From an uncultured Pirellulales bacterium (GTDB lineage: Bacteria > Planctomycetota > Phycisphaerae > Sedimentisphaerales > SM23-30), in the NCBI GenBank assembly GCA_964482555.1, contig CAYZXY010000011.1, forward strand, positions 984-64,983: 64,000 bases of DNA. Direction: 5' to 3'. Positions 48,034 through 58,521 of this stretch are shown one piece after another. The notes beneath the pieces are model-generated. The model did no database searches, had not been told where the DNA came from, and worked only from the letters and a program-made list of their open reading frames with translations. Within the stretch, counting starts at the first letter, position 1; the number at the start of each line of letters is the position of its first letter. The position numbers and the translations under genes were made by a program.

Positions 48034-48735
48034 CTAGTCCTTGAAGCGATATCCCACGCCGCGGACGGTTTCGATGTATTTCCCGCAATGTTTGAGTTTT
48101 TTTCTTAGTGACACGATCTGAACATCCACGGCCCGGTCCGTGACGGCATATTCGCTCCCGCGTATCGCGTCGACAATCTGATATCGCGTGAATACCTGAC
48201 CCGGCCGCTGCGTCAGCGTCTGCAGCGTGCGAAATTCCGTAAAGGTTAAATCGATCGGCTCGCCGTCAATCAGCACTTCATGCCGCACCGGATCGATCAC
48301 CATATCATGGATGCGAATCTTATCCCCGTCGTTAAGTTGCTTATCATTGCGTCGGAGCAGTGAACGCACCCGTGCCAGCAGCACCTTGGGGCTGAACGGC
48401 TTGGTGACATAATCGTCGCCGCCGACTTCCAGGCCGGTTACGATATCGGACTCTTCCGTCTTGGCCGTAAGCATAATAATCGGTACATTCTCGGTCTTGG
48501 CGCCTCGTTTCAATTGTTTGCAGACGTCCAGGCCGTTGATTCCCGGCAGCATCAGATCCAGAATAATCAGATCCGGCAGAGGTTCCTCCGATTTCTTCAG
48601 CGCTTCTTCTCCGGTATCCGCGCAAACCACCTGATACCCTTCCTTGATCAGGTTGTACCGGAGCAGTTCCAGAATATCTTCTTCATCATCAACCACTAAA
48701 ATCGTTTCTTTTGTTGGTGGATTTGTTGTAACCAT
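48034..48735 (-). CDS. phoB: OmpR/PhoB-family response regulator PhoB
   Basis: 'LVVDDE', 'DLMLPG', 'KPF', winged helix 'RAVDVQIVSLRKK', 'IETVRGVGY'. Confidence 0.93.
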   Translation of the reverse strand: MVTTNPPTKETILVVDDEEDILELLRYNLIKEGYQVVCADTGEEALKKSEEPLPDLIILDLMLPGINGLDVCKQLKRGAKTENVPIIMLTAKTEESDIVTGLEVGGDDYVTKPFSPKVLLARVRSLLRRNDKQLNDGDKIRIHDMVIDPVRHEVLIDGEPIDLTFTEFRTLQTLTQRPGQVFTRYQIVDAIRGSEYAVTDRAVDVQIVSLRKKLKHCGKYIETVRGVGYRFKD

Positions 48736-48879
48736 AGGACCTCGTTGATTCTCCTTCGTTAGTCAATCTTGTGGATTGGAGATAAGGATTTTCAATTGTG
48801 CAGCAATTACAGAAGCACAAAATTGACCATAACTATATCATACTGCGGGGCTTACTGTCAAGAGAAGATGGACTGTAAC

Positions 48880-48900
48880 TGTGTTAAAAGCATGTTAAAA
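48880..48900 (-). promoter_or_regulatory. Candidate Pho box upstream of phoB
   Basis: Minus strand reads TTTTAACATGC-TTTTAACACA, i.e. TTAACA direct repeats 11 bp apart. Confidence 0.55.
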
Positions 48901-49027
48901 TTGCCGAAAAATGGAAAATATTTCCCAGGCGATTTGAAGGGGATTTGTTGTTGGTGTGAACGGTAACTCTCTGTCAAGCCGGTGCTTGTGTGCTGTTTTC
49001 GCGTGAGGCCGGCGGATTTTATCCTTT

Positions 49028-49936
49028 TCATCGCTTATGAAGAAAGCCGACCGTCGATTCCATGATGCGATGGCGGAGCCGGCTGTTCTCACTTTCACGG
49101 GTCTGTTCCTGCAGGTCCACCATGTTTGCCTGACAGAAGTTGCATCCGAGCGTGTGCAAATGAAACCGGGCGTAATCGGCCCAGGGGTCGTCCAGCGTCT
49201 GCAATAGAAATGCCCCGATCGTGCTGCGCTTCAGGCAGCTCAACCGTTGTCTTTCCCAGATTTCGCTGATGAAGGTCTCCATTCCGGGGCTTTCCAGGTC
49301 GGGCCGATATGCCTGATGCGATATTTTTCCCTGGATCTGTTTGAAAATGCGATGCTTGATGACCGCGATGTTGCGATCGCTGATATTGATGAGTTGCGCT
49401 ATCTTCTTATTTGGCAACTGGCAATATAAAATGCACTCGATGATCTTCAAATCACGGAAATTCTGTGAGTTCTTCATGCCGTTGACCATCTCCCGCAGCA
49501 CATCCGTAAAGGCCGTTTCGCTTTGCCGGCGGCCTTCGTCGCGGCGAGCATAGCCGCTGGCGGTCAGATCCGCCGCCGCGATTGTCTGAAAAGGGTCCGA
49601 GCCGTGGGAATCCTCCTGGGGGTATTTGATCACATCCTGCAAAAGGCAGACGCGGGCCGATTGCCGGCTGCGATAGGTATTGATAATCTTCCGGCGGAGT
49701 ATGGTGAACAGGTAGGTCTCAAGACTGGCCTCGCCGCGAAAGTCGTTCAATCCCTTGAGAAACGCCAGAAAAGTGTCCTGAACAATATCATCGGCGTCGG
49801 CCTTCTGGGGCAGCTTGCTTATGGCGAACATTACCAGTCGTCCCTGATAACGCTCGACGACCTGGGTCCAGGCTTGCGAATCGCCCTGGCGTATCTGATC
49901 GAGTAAATATTGTTCGGCTTGGGTGATTTCGCTCAT
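49028..49936 (-). CDS. ECF sigma factor with C-terminal zinc-finger-like extension
   Basis: Sigma region 2 'GDSQAW...YQGRL...DADDIVQDTFL...LETYLFTILRRKII', region-4-like HTH, C-terminal 'CLKR...FHLHTLGCNFC'. Confidence 0.85.
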   Translation of the reverse strand: MSEITQAEQYLLDQIRQGDSQAWTQVVERYQGRLVMFAISKLPQKADADDIVQDTFLAFLKGLNDFRGEASLETYLFTILRRKIINTYRSRQSARVCLLQDVIKYPQEDSHGSDPFQTIAAADLTASGYARRDEGRRQSETAFTDVLREMVNGMKNSQNFRDLKIIECILYCQLPNKKIAQLINISDRNIAVIKHRIFKQIQGKISHQAYRPDLESPGMETFISEIWERQRLSCLKRSTIGAFLLQTLDDPWADYARFHLHTLGCNFCQANMVDLQEQTRESENSRLRHRIMESTVGFLHKR

Positions 49937-49982
49937 TTTACGTCTTTGCGTTTACGGGTTAATGGGTTCATGGATTTTCAGG

Positions 49983-51950
49983 TTAAGCTAAAAACAATAC
50001 AATGGCAAGGCCGGCCGCGACGATGATGATCGCGCCAATGCGGAGCGTCAGGGAGTAATAGCCGCGGGTGGCAAAATTCAGGAATACGTATAACCCGGTT
50101 ATCAGGGCCATCATGCCCAACACGGAAACGGCGCGGTCGAGCCATAGATTTCTTTTCATCTTTGTTTGCTGTCGTGGCCCTGGCCCTTCAGTGATTCCGG
50201 CCACGATCGTACGGTCCAGGCTGTTGAGATTCTCCGGCGAGGCATTGATCAGTAACGCTTCACGGACAATCGGGCCGGCGCTGCCGTAAAAGCTTTGGAC
50301 AAACGTGTCTGCGATGAATATATTATCATTGTTTTGCAGCAAAGCAGGCGTGATCGAATCATGTACTTCGGGCGATCGTTGATAGACAAGTTGATTTAGT
50401 TTGTCGGAAGCATCATGCAGGGCCTGCCAGCGGGCTTCATCTTCAGTCACGCAGGAATCGTCGGAGCGGCCGATAATCCATTGTTCGCCGGGGCGGTTGT
50501 TGGTAAATGCCGGCCAATCGTCCGCCCACTGTTTCTCCATGAATTTCAGGGAATGGGACAGCGCTTTTTTGCCATCTGCGGTATATACGGTCATTTCAAC
50601 GGTTCCATTCTTCTGGTGCAGTGGTTTATATTTATATCGGCTCATGCTGCGTGTTTGATTCTGGCGGATGTCGAGATTCAAACGGATGTGAACCGGTTCG
50701 GCAGGCATTTTCGCCTCGACGCCGGCTTCCGGCAGCGTCTCAGTTAATTCCATCGCCTCGTAGGAGTTTGCCGGCGTATCGGTTTCGTCCTGCGTCTGAT
50801 AGAATCTGACGGGGGTGTCGGATGTCATATCCGCTTTGGTATTATGAGCGGCTAGAATTGGCCCTGTTTCCATCGTTTGGGAGTTTTCCGGCGGAACGGA
50901 TGGTTTCAGTGTATCTTTCTTATCATTCATTGGATGTTGACGTATGGTAATGCTCACTTTCATGGCGCCGGCCAGTTTGGCTTCATCGACGATTTGCACC
51001 AGCGTTTCGGTTTTCGCGTTGGCGCCGGTCAGGATTATCACCGGTGATTCTTTAACTTGGAGTCTGCTTTTTACCAGCGGCCCCACACCGCTAACGCCGA
51101 TTTCCTTGCCGTCATGCAGCACCAGACCATCATCCGTCAGGATAATCATTATGCTGTTTCTGTCTTGCGGTTCAAACGAAACGGTTTCCTTGATGGGAGG
51201 AAACGGCTTGGGGATAGTGGTTTCCACATGAATCTCAACGGGATGCGGCAGATGCTTCTCGCGGATTTCTTCGGCGAAAGCATACAAAATATCGCTGGTG
51301 AAATAATGCGGATCCACATCGCCGTAAAGGTATATTTCCCGCGGCCAGGTGTGACCTGCCTCCAGTGGCATCCGCTGGTACAGCTTGTTGGCCAGCGCCC
51401 GCGAAGCGGCGATCGGCGACGGATAGTAATCGGCGAAAAACTGTTCTTCTACCGCTTCGGACCAGACCGGCGACGCCGTTGCGTCCAACGTTCCATAATG
51501 AGAGGTGTCGGGATTCTGTGCTATTGGCCGGGCCTCCTTCTGGGCCTGTCTCAGATGGGTTTCTTGAACAGCCTCAGTCCTGCTGAAGAAGATGAAAGGC
51601 AGCAATACTAATATCGGCACCACCAAAACCAGTAAGGCCGTAATCAGTATCGCCGGCTTGACTTTGCGAACAGCGAACACTATCAATCCCAGTCCGACGG
51701 CTCCCAGCAGCATTATTATAAAGCCACGTTTAAATGGTATCCCTCTCTGCAGGGCAAATGGAGCCGCACAAATAAATCTGGCCAGAAATAATCCGCCAAT
51801 GATAATCGCCGGTGCCATAAAAACCCATTTCAGCCGGCGCGGATCCCGTCTGACAAATTTCAGCAACAAGAAGGCCCCGGCGATAATAAGGACTGGGATT
51901 ATTATTATTATGATTAATCCAAAATTAGGTATTGGCATGGTTGGTGTCAT
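49983..51950 (-). CDS. Multi-pass membrane protein with an internal ExbD-like periplasmic domain
   Basis: Four N-terminal and two C-terminal TMs; 'PVIILTGANAKTETLVQIVDEAKLAGAMKVSI' resembles the ExbD/TolR C-terminal domain. Confidence 0.7.
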   Translation of the reverse strand: MTPTMPIPNFGLIIIIIIPVLIIAGAFLLLKFVRRDPRRLKWVFMAPAIIIGGLFLARFICAAPFALQRGIPFKRGFIIMLLGAVGLGLIVFAVRKVKPAILITALLVLVVPILVLLPFIFFSRTEAVQETHLRQAQKEARPIAQNPDTSHYGTLDATASPVWSEAVEEQFFADYYPSPIAASRALANKLYQRMPLEAGHTWPREIYLYGDVDPHYFTSDILYAFAEEIREKHLPHPVEIHVETTIPKPFPPIKETVSFEPQDRNSIMIILTDDGLVLHDGKEIGVSGVGPLVKSRLQVKESPVIILTGANAKTETLVQIVDEAKLAGAMKVSITIRQHPMNDKKDTLKPSVPPENSQTMETGPILAAHNTKADMTSDTPVRFYQTQDETDTPANSYEAMELTETLPEAGVEAKMPAEPVHIRLNLDIRQNQTRSMSRYKYKPLHQKNGTVEMTVYTADGKKALSHSLKFMEKQWADDWPAFTNNRPGEQWIIGRSDDSCVTEDEARWQALHDASDKLNQLVYQRSPEVHDSITPALLQNNDNIFIADTFVQSFYGSAGPIVREALLINASPENLNSLDRTIVAGITEGPGPRQQTKMKRNLWLDRAVSVLGMMALITGLYVFLNFATRGYYSLTLRIGAIIIVAAGLAIVLFLA

Positions 51951-52074
51951 TTCTAGTTGTTCCTTCGTTTATTCTAACAGGCCCGAAGGGCGGATTTTGT
52001 ACAGCCCCGGGCAAAGCCATGAGTTAATGAATCGAAATCAGCGTATAAGCTTTGCAAGGGCGTTTTGCCTTTCT

Positions 52075-55000
52075 TTATTGTACATTCCTGGCCTCTATCA
52101 CATTTCTGCGTTTCTCCGGCCAGCACAACATCACCAGCGAGACGATGAACCAGAATGCCGCAAACAAAACATATTGCCGGTCGGCCTGATTCATGATCGT
52201 GATGAAAAAGTTCATCACGTCGTCGAAATGATTGATTTCCATGTAATTTGGCAAGATGCCGTTCATCATGTTAAACATCAGATAAAAGCCGAACAGGGCC
52301 GCCAGTGATCGAAGTATATGACCCCCATTGAAACGGCGGGCGAAGATCATAAAGACAGCCGCCAGGACGAGTAATGCCGTGGCGATAAAACCGCCCAGCG
52401 ATTCCGCCATGGCCGGCCAGGCTTCGCCGCCAAACAGGCGCTGCATGTCCCGACAGAGTCCGGGGCAAAACCCGGACTGGGCGATAAGGTGCGGTACATG
52501 CAAGTGCGATACCAGGGCGGCGAGCAGGGCGAAAAACAGACAGGCGATGCCGAGAATGCCGGAGATACTCGTTAATGAGTGAGCGGGCATTTTCCATCTG
52601 GAATCCTGCGTAATACCCGAGGTATTAAACCTTGAGCCGGCCGGTGTCGGCTCCGACATGGTCGCCGGAGATGCTTGATGCCGGGAGTGTCGTCTTTGGG
52701 ATGACCGGGGATGACCGGCAGGTCGGGCATGAGTCGTCGCGGCCGGTTCAGGGTTGTCGGTTGTTTCAATCTTTTGACGAGGGCCCACAATAACATCTTC
52801 GCCAATCAGTTCCGACGTTTCAAACCAGATTTTCAGAGGGTGGCCGTTGATGTCGCGGAAACTGCCGGAAAGAATGCGAATGAAATCGACCAACTGACCG
52901 ATTATAAACAAACCACCTGTTAAAAGCCAGATAACGCCGGTCGTTATTTTACCGGCATAAAATCGGTGCAGCCCGCCAATCCCGATAAACAGCCCCGCAC
53001 AACACAGCAACGCCCAGCATCGCTTATAAGGCGAAACGCATTTCGGATCGGGTTTAGTAATTTTCTTCGCAGGGATAAACAGCATAATAAAATATAACAC
53101 GGTTGAAAACAAAATGATAGAGGTAAGAATTACAACTGCTGCCGGGGAGTTTATACTGCCGATCGTCATGGCACTGACGCAAAAAATTGCAGCCTGGACA
53201 CAAATCATCATGGCCAGCGGTTTGATCAGATAGCTGAACCAACCATTAAACGTATCCTGGTATAATCTTTTCAGGCTGAATATGGTTAACATGAATGACA
53301 GAGGCCCGAATAAACACAAGAATATTTCCGCTGTTTCGTCTTTAGATTTCATGTTTAAAACCGGCAATATAATCGTTCCCGCCAGCGCTGCAATAAACAC
53401 GATTCCCCAAACGGGTTTCATCCACCGCAGGATAGATTGTTTTTCGGGAGCGTGTGAACCAGTTTGATTCAAAGCAGAGGCGGCTCCGGCTCCTGCCGTG
53501 TTTTCTCGTTTATAATTGTCATACTGCCGGAACGTTTGATCTGGTTCCGATGGCTGCGTTTGCCGGGGTGGCGTCGGCGGTCGTGTACGGCCGGACTGGT
53601 GCAGCGCTTCCTGGAATTGCCGGCGGAGGTCGCGGGGAATATAGGGGCTGGCGAGCTGAATGACCATGACAACACCGGCAATAATACCAATAGTCAATGG
53701 CACCGGGCTGCCAAAGACTTCCGCCGCCGCGAATCCGAGCGCCCCCCAGCCGACGGCGGCTCCGAGCGAGAGCCGTTTTTCCCGCAGCGGATTCATGAGG
53801 GCAGACCAGTCGATCAATATAAAAATTATGATACCCGAAAGGAACATCCCCAAGACTGGCTGCTCTTTTAAAGGCGATGCCACTAAAAGCGGCAAGGAAA
53901 TGATCGTTCCCAGCAGGCCGATACTGCCGGAGATCAGACGCCGTAGCCAGGAGGATTCGGCTTCAATCCGGGCGGTCAGTTTCCGTTCGCTGATACTGAT
54001 GCCCAGAGAAGCGCCCATTAGCATTAAAACGCTAACTATGCCGTAACCCCAAACATCATCATCATTTATCACGGGCCCTGCCATGAACAGGCCGATGCCC
54101 AGCGAAATGATGAGTATGGATATAATGAGGAGTCCCCATTTCTGGCCTTTGGTAACGGGGTCCATTTTCTGAGCGAGCTTAAAACGCAATTCCGGTGAAG
54201 CGGCAGGGGATGTTACGGCATCGACCGTCATATCCTCTTTCGGGTTTTGGCCCCGGCCGTGGAATTTGCCATGAATATGATCGGTAATATCTTCCATTTT
54301 TTTACCGATCTTTTCGCCATTTTCTCCCATTTCCCTGCCGAATTTATCACCCCATTGGCTCTTTTTCTCGCCGAAATCCGCCGTCTTCTGCCCGAAATCC
54401 TCAACGTCACGGGCGTTATGGTCCTTTTCCCGAACATAATTGCCGTTGGGTATCTGTGTGCTTTTGCGATTTTGCGACGGGGAATCAGACGCTGGTTTGC
54501 CGGAATCGCCTATTTTTTCTGTTTTGCCGGCGGCATAGGCCGCGATGATCGAAAGACTGTCCGGCGAAAACTGCGATACGCTATTGCGGACATGTTCGGC
54601 CCCGAAAACATCCTCCACCATTTCCTGAATGATGTGGTATCGCTGGGATGGATCTTTGGCGAGGGCCTTTTCGATAACCCGTTTGAAAGGCTGTTCGACA
54701 TCGGTAATATCCGGTTTGACGGTCATATGTTTCATGAGGATTTCACCGGGGCTGGAGCCGAAAAAGGGTACCTGTCCGGTCAGCATTTCATAAATCAGCA
54801 CGCCCATGGCATATATATCGATGCTTTTATCATAGCAGCCGGCACCGATTTCCGGAGCCATATAATGCACCGTGCCGACGGTGATGGTCTGGCCGCTGTG
54901 AATGCCCTGACGGATAGCCTTACTCAGGCCGTAATCGCCTATTTTAACATAGCCGTTTTCGTAGAAAATATTACCGGGCTTGATATCGCGATGGACGATG

Positions 55001-55458
55001 CCGCAATCATGGAGATAGGAAAGGCCTTTAGCGATTTCGCGGAGGAAAAACGCCGTTTTTTGCGGTCCCAGGCCGCTGGGAGCGTTATCGATCAGGTCAC
55101 GCAGTGAAGGACCGGCTACATATTCCATGATGACAAAGGGCCGCCCGTCCTGGTTGTACTTGACATCGAAGATCGTGACCAGATGGGGGTTCTTCAGATT
55201 CATGCACTGGGTGATGCCGCGCAGCTCGATCTGCTCGTAGTTCTGGATCGCTTTGAGCGCAACCTGCCTGCCGCCGTCGCTGACGGCGTAATAGACTTCA
55301 CCAAAACCACCGCGACCGGCAGCCCGATGAATCGTGTACCCTTCGAGGGGTTTGTCTCCATATTTATACCGAAAATTATGCATCCTGGATACCCTGTCCA
55401 TTATATCATATTCGTCCTGCTTTGCCAATTGCCCGGTACTCGATTTCGCCTTCAGCAT
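52075..55458 (-). CDS. Hanks-type Ser/Thr protein kinase with many TM segments and a TM2 (NINE) domain
   Basis: 'GRGGFGEVY', 'ALK', 'HRDIKPGN', 'DYG', 'GTVHYMAPE'; TM2 '[23 protein letters not shown]...VD'. AGGAGGT RBS before ATG 55458. Confidence 0.92.
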   Translation of the reverse strand: MLKAKSSTGQLAKQDEYDIMDRVSRMHNFRYKYGDKPLEGYTIHRAAGRGGFGEVYYAVSDGGRQVALKAIQNYEQIELRGITQCMNLKNPHLVTIFDVKYNQDGRPFVIMEYVAGPSLRDLIDNAPSGLGPQKTAFFLREIAKGLSYLHDCGIVHRDIKPGNIFYENGYVKIGDYGLSKAIRQGIHSGQTITVGTVHYMAPEIGAGCYDKSIDIYAMGVLIYEMLTGQVPFFGSSPGEILMKHMTVKPDITDVEQPFKRVIEKALAKDPSQRYHIIQEMVEDVFGAEHVRNSVSQFSPDSLSIIAAYAAGKTEKIGDSGKPASDSPSQNRKSTQIPNGNYVREKDHNARDVEDFGQKTADFGEKKSQWGDKFGREMGENGEKIGKKMEDITDHIHGKFHGRGQNPKEDMTVDAVTSPAASPELRFKLAQKMDPVTKGQKWGLLIISILIISLGIGLFMAGPVINDDDVWGYGIVSVLMLMGASLGISISERKLTARIEAESSWLRRLISGSIGLLGTIISLPLLVASPLKEQPVLGMFLSGIIIFILIDWSALMNPLREKRLSLGAAVGWGALGFAAAEVFGSPVPLTIGIIAGVVMVIQLASPYIPRDLRRQFQEALHQSGRTRPPTPPRQTQPSEPDQTFRQYDNYKRENTAGAGAASALNQTGSHAPEKQSILRWMKPVWGIVFIAALAGTIILPVLNMKSKDETAEIFLCLFGPLSFMLTIFSLKRLYQDTFNGWFSYLIKPLAMMICVQAAIFCVSAMTIGSINSPAAVVILTSIILFSTVLYFIMLFIPAKKITKPDPKCVSPYKRCWALLCCAGLFIGIGGLHRFYAGKITTGVIWLLTGGLFIIGQLVDFIRILSGSFRDINGHPLKIWFETSELIGEDVIVGPRQKIETTDNPEPAATTHARPAGHPRSSQRRHSRHQASPATMSEPTPAGSRFNTSGITQDSRWKMPAHSLTSISGILGIACLFFALLAALVSHLHVPHLIAQSGFCPGLCRDMQRLFGGEAWPAMAESLGGFIATALLVLAAVFMIFARRFNGGHILRSLAALFGFYLMFNMMNGILPNYMEINHFDDVMNFFITIMNQADRQYVLFAAFWFIVSLVMLCWPEKRRNVIEARNVQ

Positions 55459-55610
55459 AATGTGTACCTCCTGCCCACTCAACCTTGTTTACCCGCAGGC
55501 GTTTACGCTTATTTTTCCTGTTTTGTGACGACAGCAATAATCAGGGTGTTGGCGTTACTTTGATTCTTCACTTCATTCTTTATTGACCATTCATTCAATA
55601 TTGTACCACA

Positions 55611-57227
55611 TTAAGTCCTTACCAGAACCATAGAAAGAGATCCCATTTTTATGGGTGTCTCCAGAGGAAGTCTATCTGTTTTTTCAGCCGGCTTTCCGTC
55701 GATGATGACCGGTTCTTCCGAGCGGCAGGTCAGTCGGCCGTCTTTATCGACGAGCGTTATGGTTTCGTTGGCCCGTTCATTGCGAATATGAGCCGACTTA
55801 CCGGGACCTATAATTATTTCCCGGTCCAGCAGCACGGCATTTCGTATATCCATTTGGGGATAGCGGGCGCCGCTGAAGGAGACGATCGCGGTGGCGCTGG
55901 CGGCATGGGGACGTTTGAACTCCAGATAACAGCGCGGCGAGAGTTCTATTTTTTCTTGTGAACCGAGCAGTTTTTTATTTGGACTGTTTAAAACGGCGCC
56001 GCCGACGCGAACGGGACCGCGGGAACGCAGGAAGTAATCTTCGTCCATACGTTCAATGATAACCTGGGGAATATCCGGACCGGCGACCAGGCCGATATCT
56101 GCCGGCTTATTGCCGCTGATGGGGCCGATTGTGATTTTCGGGTTCCGTAAAATAAGATAGCTGCCGATACCGTCGAGCTGCAGGATGTATTTTTCCGGCA
56201 GCGGTTCGGGCATCAATGCGGCATTGTAAGTGTTAATGGATTGCTTCATGGCTGGCTCATCGAAGGGTGTTATAAAAGATGGGCTGGGTTTAGTTGGCAG
56301 GTTTTCTCCAGAATCATCAGGTTGAGTTGAAGGAGGCAAAACCCAGCCCAGTGGACCCGTTTGAATCGTTTCCAATGCTTCGGCTGTTTTGTGCAATTGT
56401 TCGATGGCGTTGTTGAGCCAGGGGTAATCCGGCAGGATATTCTGCACCTGCCGCAGCGTGTTCAGTCCCGGGCGGAATTTTCCCTGGCGAATATGGCGGG
56501 CGGCGCGTTGCAGTTGTTCATATATATGCTGGAGTTCCTGCCATTGCAGGTTATTGTTCATGTGGGGGGCGAGCGTTTCCAGATACCATTTTGTCAGGTC
56601 GAGCCGGCCCTGGGCGAGCGTGTCTTGCGTGATTTGCAAGGCGTTTTGGGTGATTTTGCCCCAGAGTTCGGCCAGTTCCCGGCGCTGTTCCCTGACTTTT
56701 CCGCAGTCTTGCAGCGTTTGAAAGGCGGCGGACAGATCGCTGCGTTCAAGGGCTTCGCGAGCCTTTTTCATGGCGATTTCAAGATCCTGACGTCGGGCAT
56801 TGATTTTTTCCTTCAATAATTCGGTGTGTCCATGGTCGTCGCCGGCGCCGTCAAGAATCTGCTCAGCGGAACTGAGCCAGCCCTGTTCGATATGACGCAG
56901 GACATGTTTGAATTTGTCGCCGTTATGCTGCTGGTTTTGCTGCCGGTTATTGACGGCATCGGTGACGGCCTGTTTAAGTGATGCAATCTGGGGAATGTTG
57001 CCGGCGAGGATTTCGGCTTTCCGGCAGTCGTTGAGGGCCTGGTTCAGGTGATGATTTTGGAGGTGGTTGCGGCCGCGATCGGCCAGCGCCATGGCCAGTT
57101 TGCCGATCAGTTCCTGACCGCGGCGCTGTTGACGAATCTCACGGTCGTCGGCCAGTTCGAAGGCTTCGTCCAGACATCCGCCGTTAAAGGCAGTCTCAGC
57201 TTGTTTTAATCGCAAATTCAACACCAT
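55611..57227 (-). CDS. TPR/helical-repeat protein with C-terminal FHA-like beta domains
   Basis: Helical N-terminal ~290 aa, Pro-rich linker, beta-rich C-terminus 'LDGIGSYLIL..ITIG', 'IIIGPGKSAHIR'. The FHA assignment is by resemblance only. Confidence 0.55.
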   Translation of the reverse strand: MVLNLRLKQAETAFNGGCLDEAFELADDREIRQQRRGQELIGKLAMALADRGRNHLQNHHLNQALNDCRKAEILAGNIPQIASLKQAVTDAVNNRQQNQQHNGDKFKHVLRHIEQGWLSSAEQILDGAGDDHGHTELLKEKINARRQDLEIAMKKAREALERSDLSAAFQTLQDCGKVREQRRELAELWGKITQNALQITQDTLAQGRLDLTKWYLETLAPHMNNNLQWQELQHIYEQLQRAARHIRQGKFRPGLNTLRQVQNILPDYPWLNNAIEQLHKTAEALETIQTGPLGWVLPPSTQPDDSGENLPTKPSPSFITPFDEPAMKQSINTYNAALMPEPLPEKYILQLDGIGSYLILRNPKITIGPISGNKPADIGLVAGPDIPQVIIERMDEDYFLRSRGPVRVGGAVLNSPNKKLLGSQEKIELSPRCYLEFKRPHAASATAIVSFSGARYPQMDIRNAVLLDREIIIGPGKSAHIRNERANETITLVDKDGRLTCRSEEPVIIDGKPAEKTDRLPLETPIKMGSLSMVLVRT

Positions 57228-57290
57228 AAGACTCCTGTATAATACGCCAGAAATACCCGGTCATTTTCTGCCAGCGTGAAACAGCAGCAA

Positions 57291-57318
57291 AGCGCCCGAT
57301 GATTGGTAACGGGCGCTC
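57291..57318 (-). terminator. Hairpin after the PspA-like gene (terminator/attenuator)
   Basis: AGCGCCCG...CGGGCGCT 8-bp stem, followed by TT(G) on the minus strand. Confidence 0.5.
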
Positions 57319-57333
57319 TGATGTCAGAATGTT

Positions 57334-58185
57334 TTACATACCACGGGCGGCCATATGATACTGATCTTCAGTGTCAGTCGTTTCTTCTTTTTCGGGCCTG
57401 GTTGCCGTCGGAGAGAAATACTCATCGATTTCTTCCAGCATGTCTTGTTCTTGAACGGTATCGACGGGGATGTTCTCAATGAATTTGCTTTCATGAGACA
57501 GAACCCGTTCGGCGACTTCCAGACGTTTCTTGATGCTCGAGATCAGATTTTCGGTTTGCTGGAGCTTGCTGTTATCCAGCTTCAGCGTTTTAGAATCCGC
57601 GGCAGCCGTTTTCAGCAGGCGGTGCTGACTGGCGAGCGTCTCTATCTTGTTTTCCAGCAGCAGTTTCTGGCTGCGGGTTTCGTCCAGTTGCCCCAGGGCG
57701 CTTTTAAGTGCGTTTTCCCGCGTGGCCAGCAATTTCTTTTTTGTCTGTAATACGAGTTCGGCTTCCTTGAAGGTCTCGAATTGACGGCCCAGTTCGTCCT
57801 TCACCTGGGCACGGGTGTATTCGTGACGACCGAAGGTGTAGTTTGCCTTCTGTAAGTCAAGCGATTCCCGTAGTTTAGATACTTCTGCACGTTGGTCCTT
57901 CAACCGCTTCTCCGACATTTCGATGTCCTTCCTCAGGTTCGCCACCTCGACTTCTTCCTGGGCGATGAGCCGGATTTGGGCATGCATCTCCGGGATGACC
58001 ATTTCCAGCAGGTCCTGGGCCCGTTTCAGCTCAAACTCAATCGGAACGTTGTTTTTTGCGGCTTTTTGTACCGATTTGACCGAGCTGTTTATATAACTGA
58101 ACAACTGGTCGCCAAACAGCAGGCCACCCACGACCAATATCGCGATGCCAAGAAACAACCCTTTTTTACATACTTGTTTAACCAT
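57334..58185 (-). CDS. Membrane-anchored PspA/IM30-like long coiled-coil protein
   Basis: N-terminal hydrophobic segment, then about 200 aa of continuous heptads with PspA-like size and layout; AAGGAG RBS. Confidence 0.6.
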   Translation of the reverse strand: MVKQVCKKGLFLGIAILVVGGLLFGDQLFSYINSSVKSVQKAAKNNVPIEFELKRAQDLLEMVIPEMHAQIRLIAQEEVEVANLRKDIEMSEKRLKDQRAEVSKLRESLDLQKANYTFGRHEYTRAQVKDELGRQFETFKEAELVLQTKKKLLATRENALKSALGQLDETRSQKLLLENKIETLASQHRLLKTAAADSKTLKLDNSKLQQTENLISSIKKRLEVAERVLSHESKFIENIPVDTVQEQDMLEEIDEYFSPTATRPEKEETTDTEDQYHMAARGM

Positions 58186-58521
58186 GATATAACTCCTTTT
58201 GTAATTACAGGACCATAATTATTCATTTTTTTTTCTAACCACAAAGATGGAGTCATGCAACAGGGAGGTGTATTACAAAAAAATCAATAAATATACCCAA
58301 TGGGTATGAAAAAACCCGATAACGATACAAAATTCCAATGACGAATTCTGTTATAATTCTGTGGGAAGGTGAGATTCCGTCAGGAAAAGCTATGCCAAAG
58401 TGGTGCATAAGTTCATGTAATAAATATAGTTACGGATGGTTGCCTTGGGCATCGCTGCATGGAGGCTGTGCTATTGTTTTCATATATTGCATTTTATGAC
58501 CATTCTCTTTAAAATTGTTTT

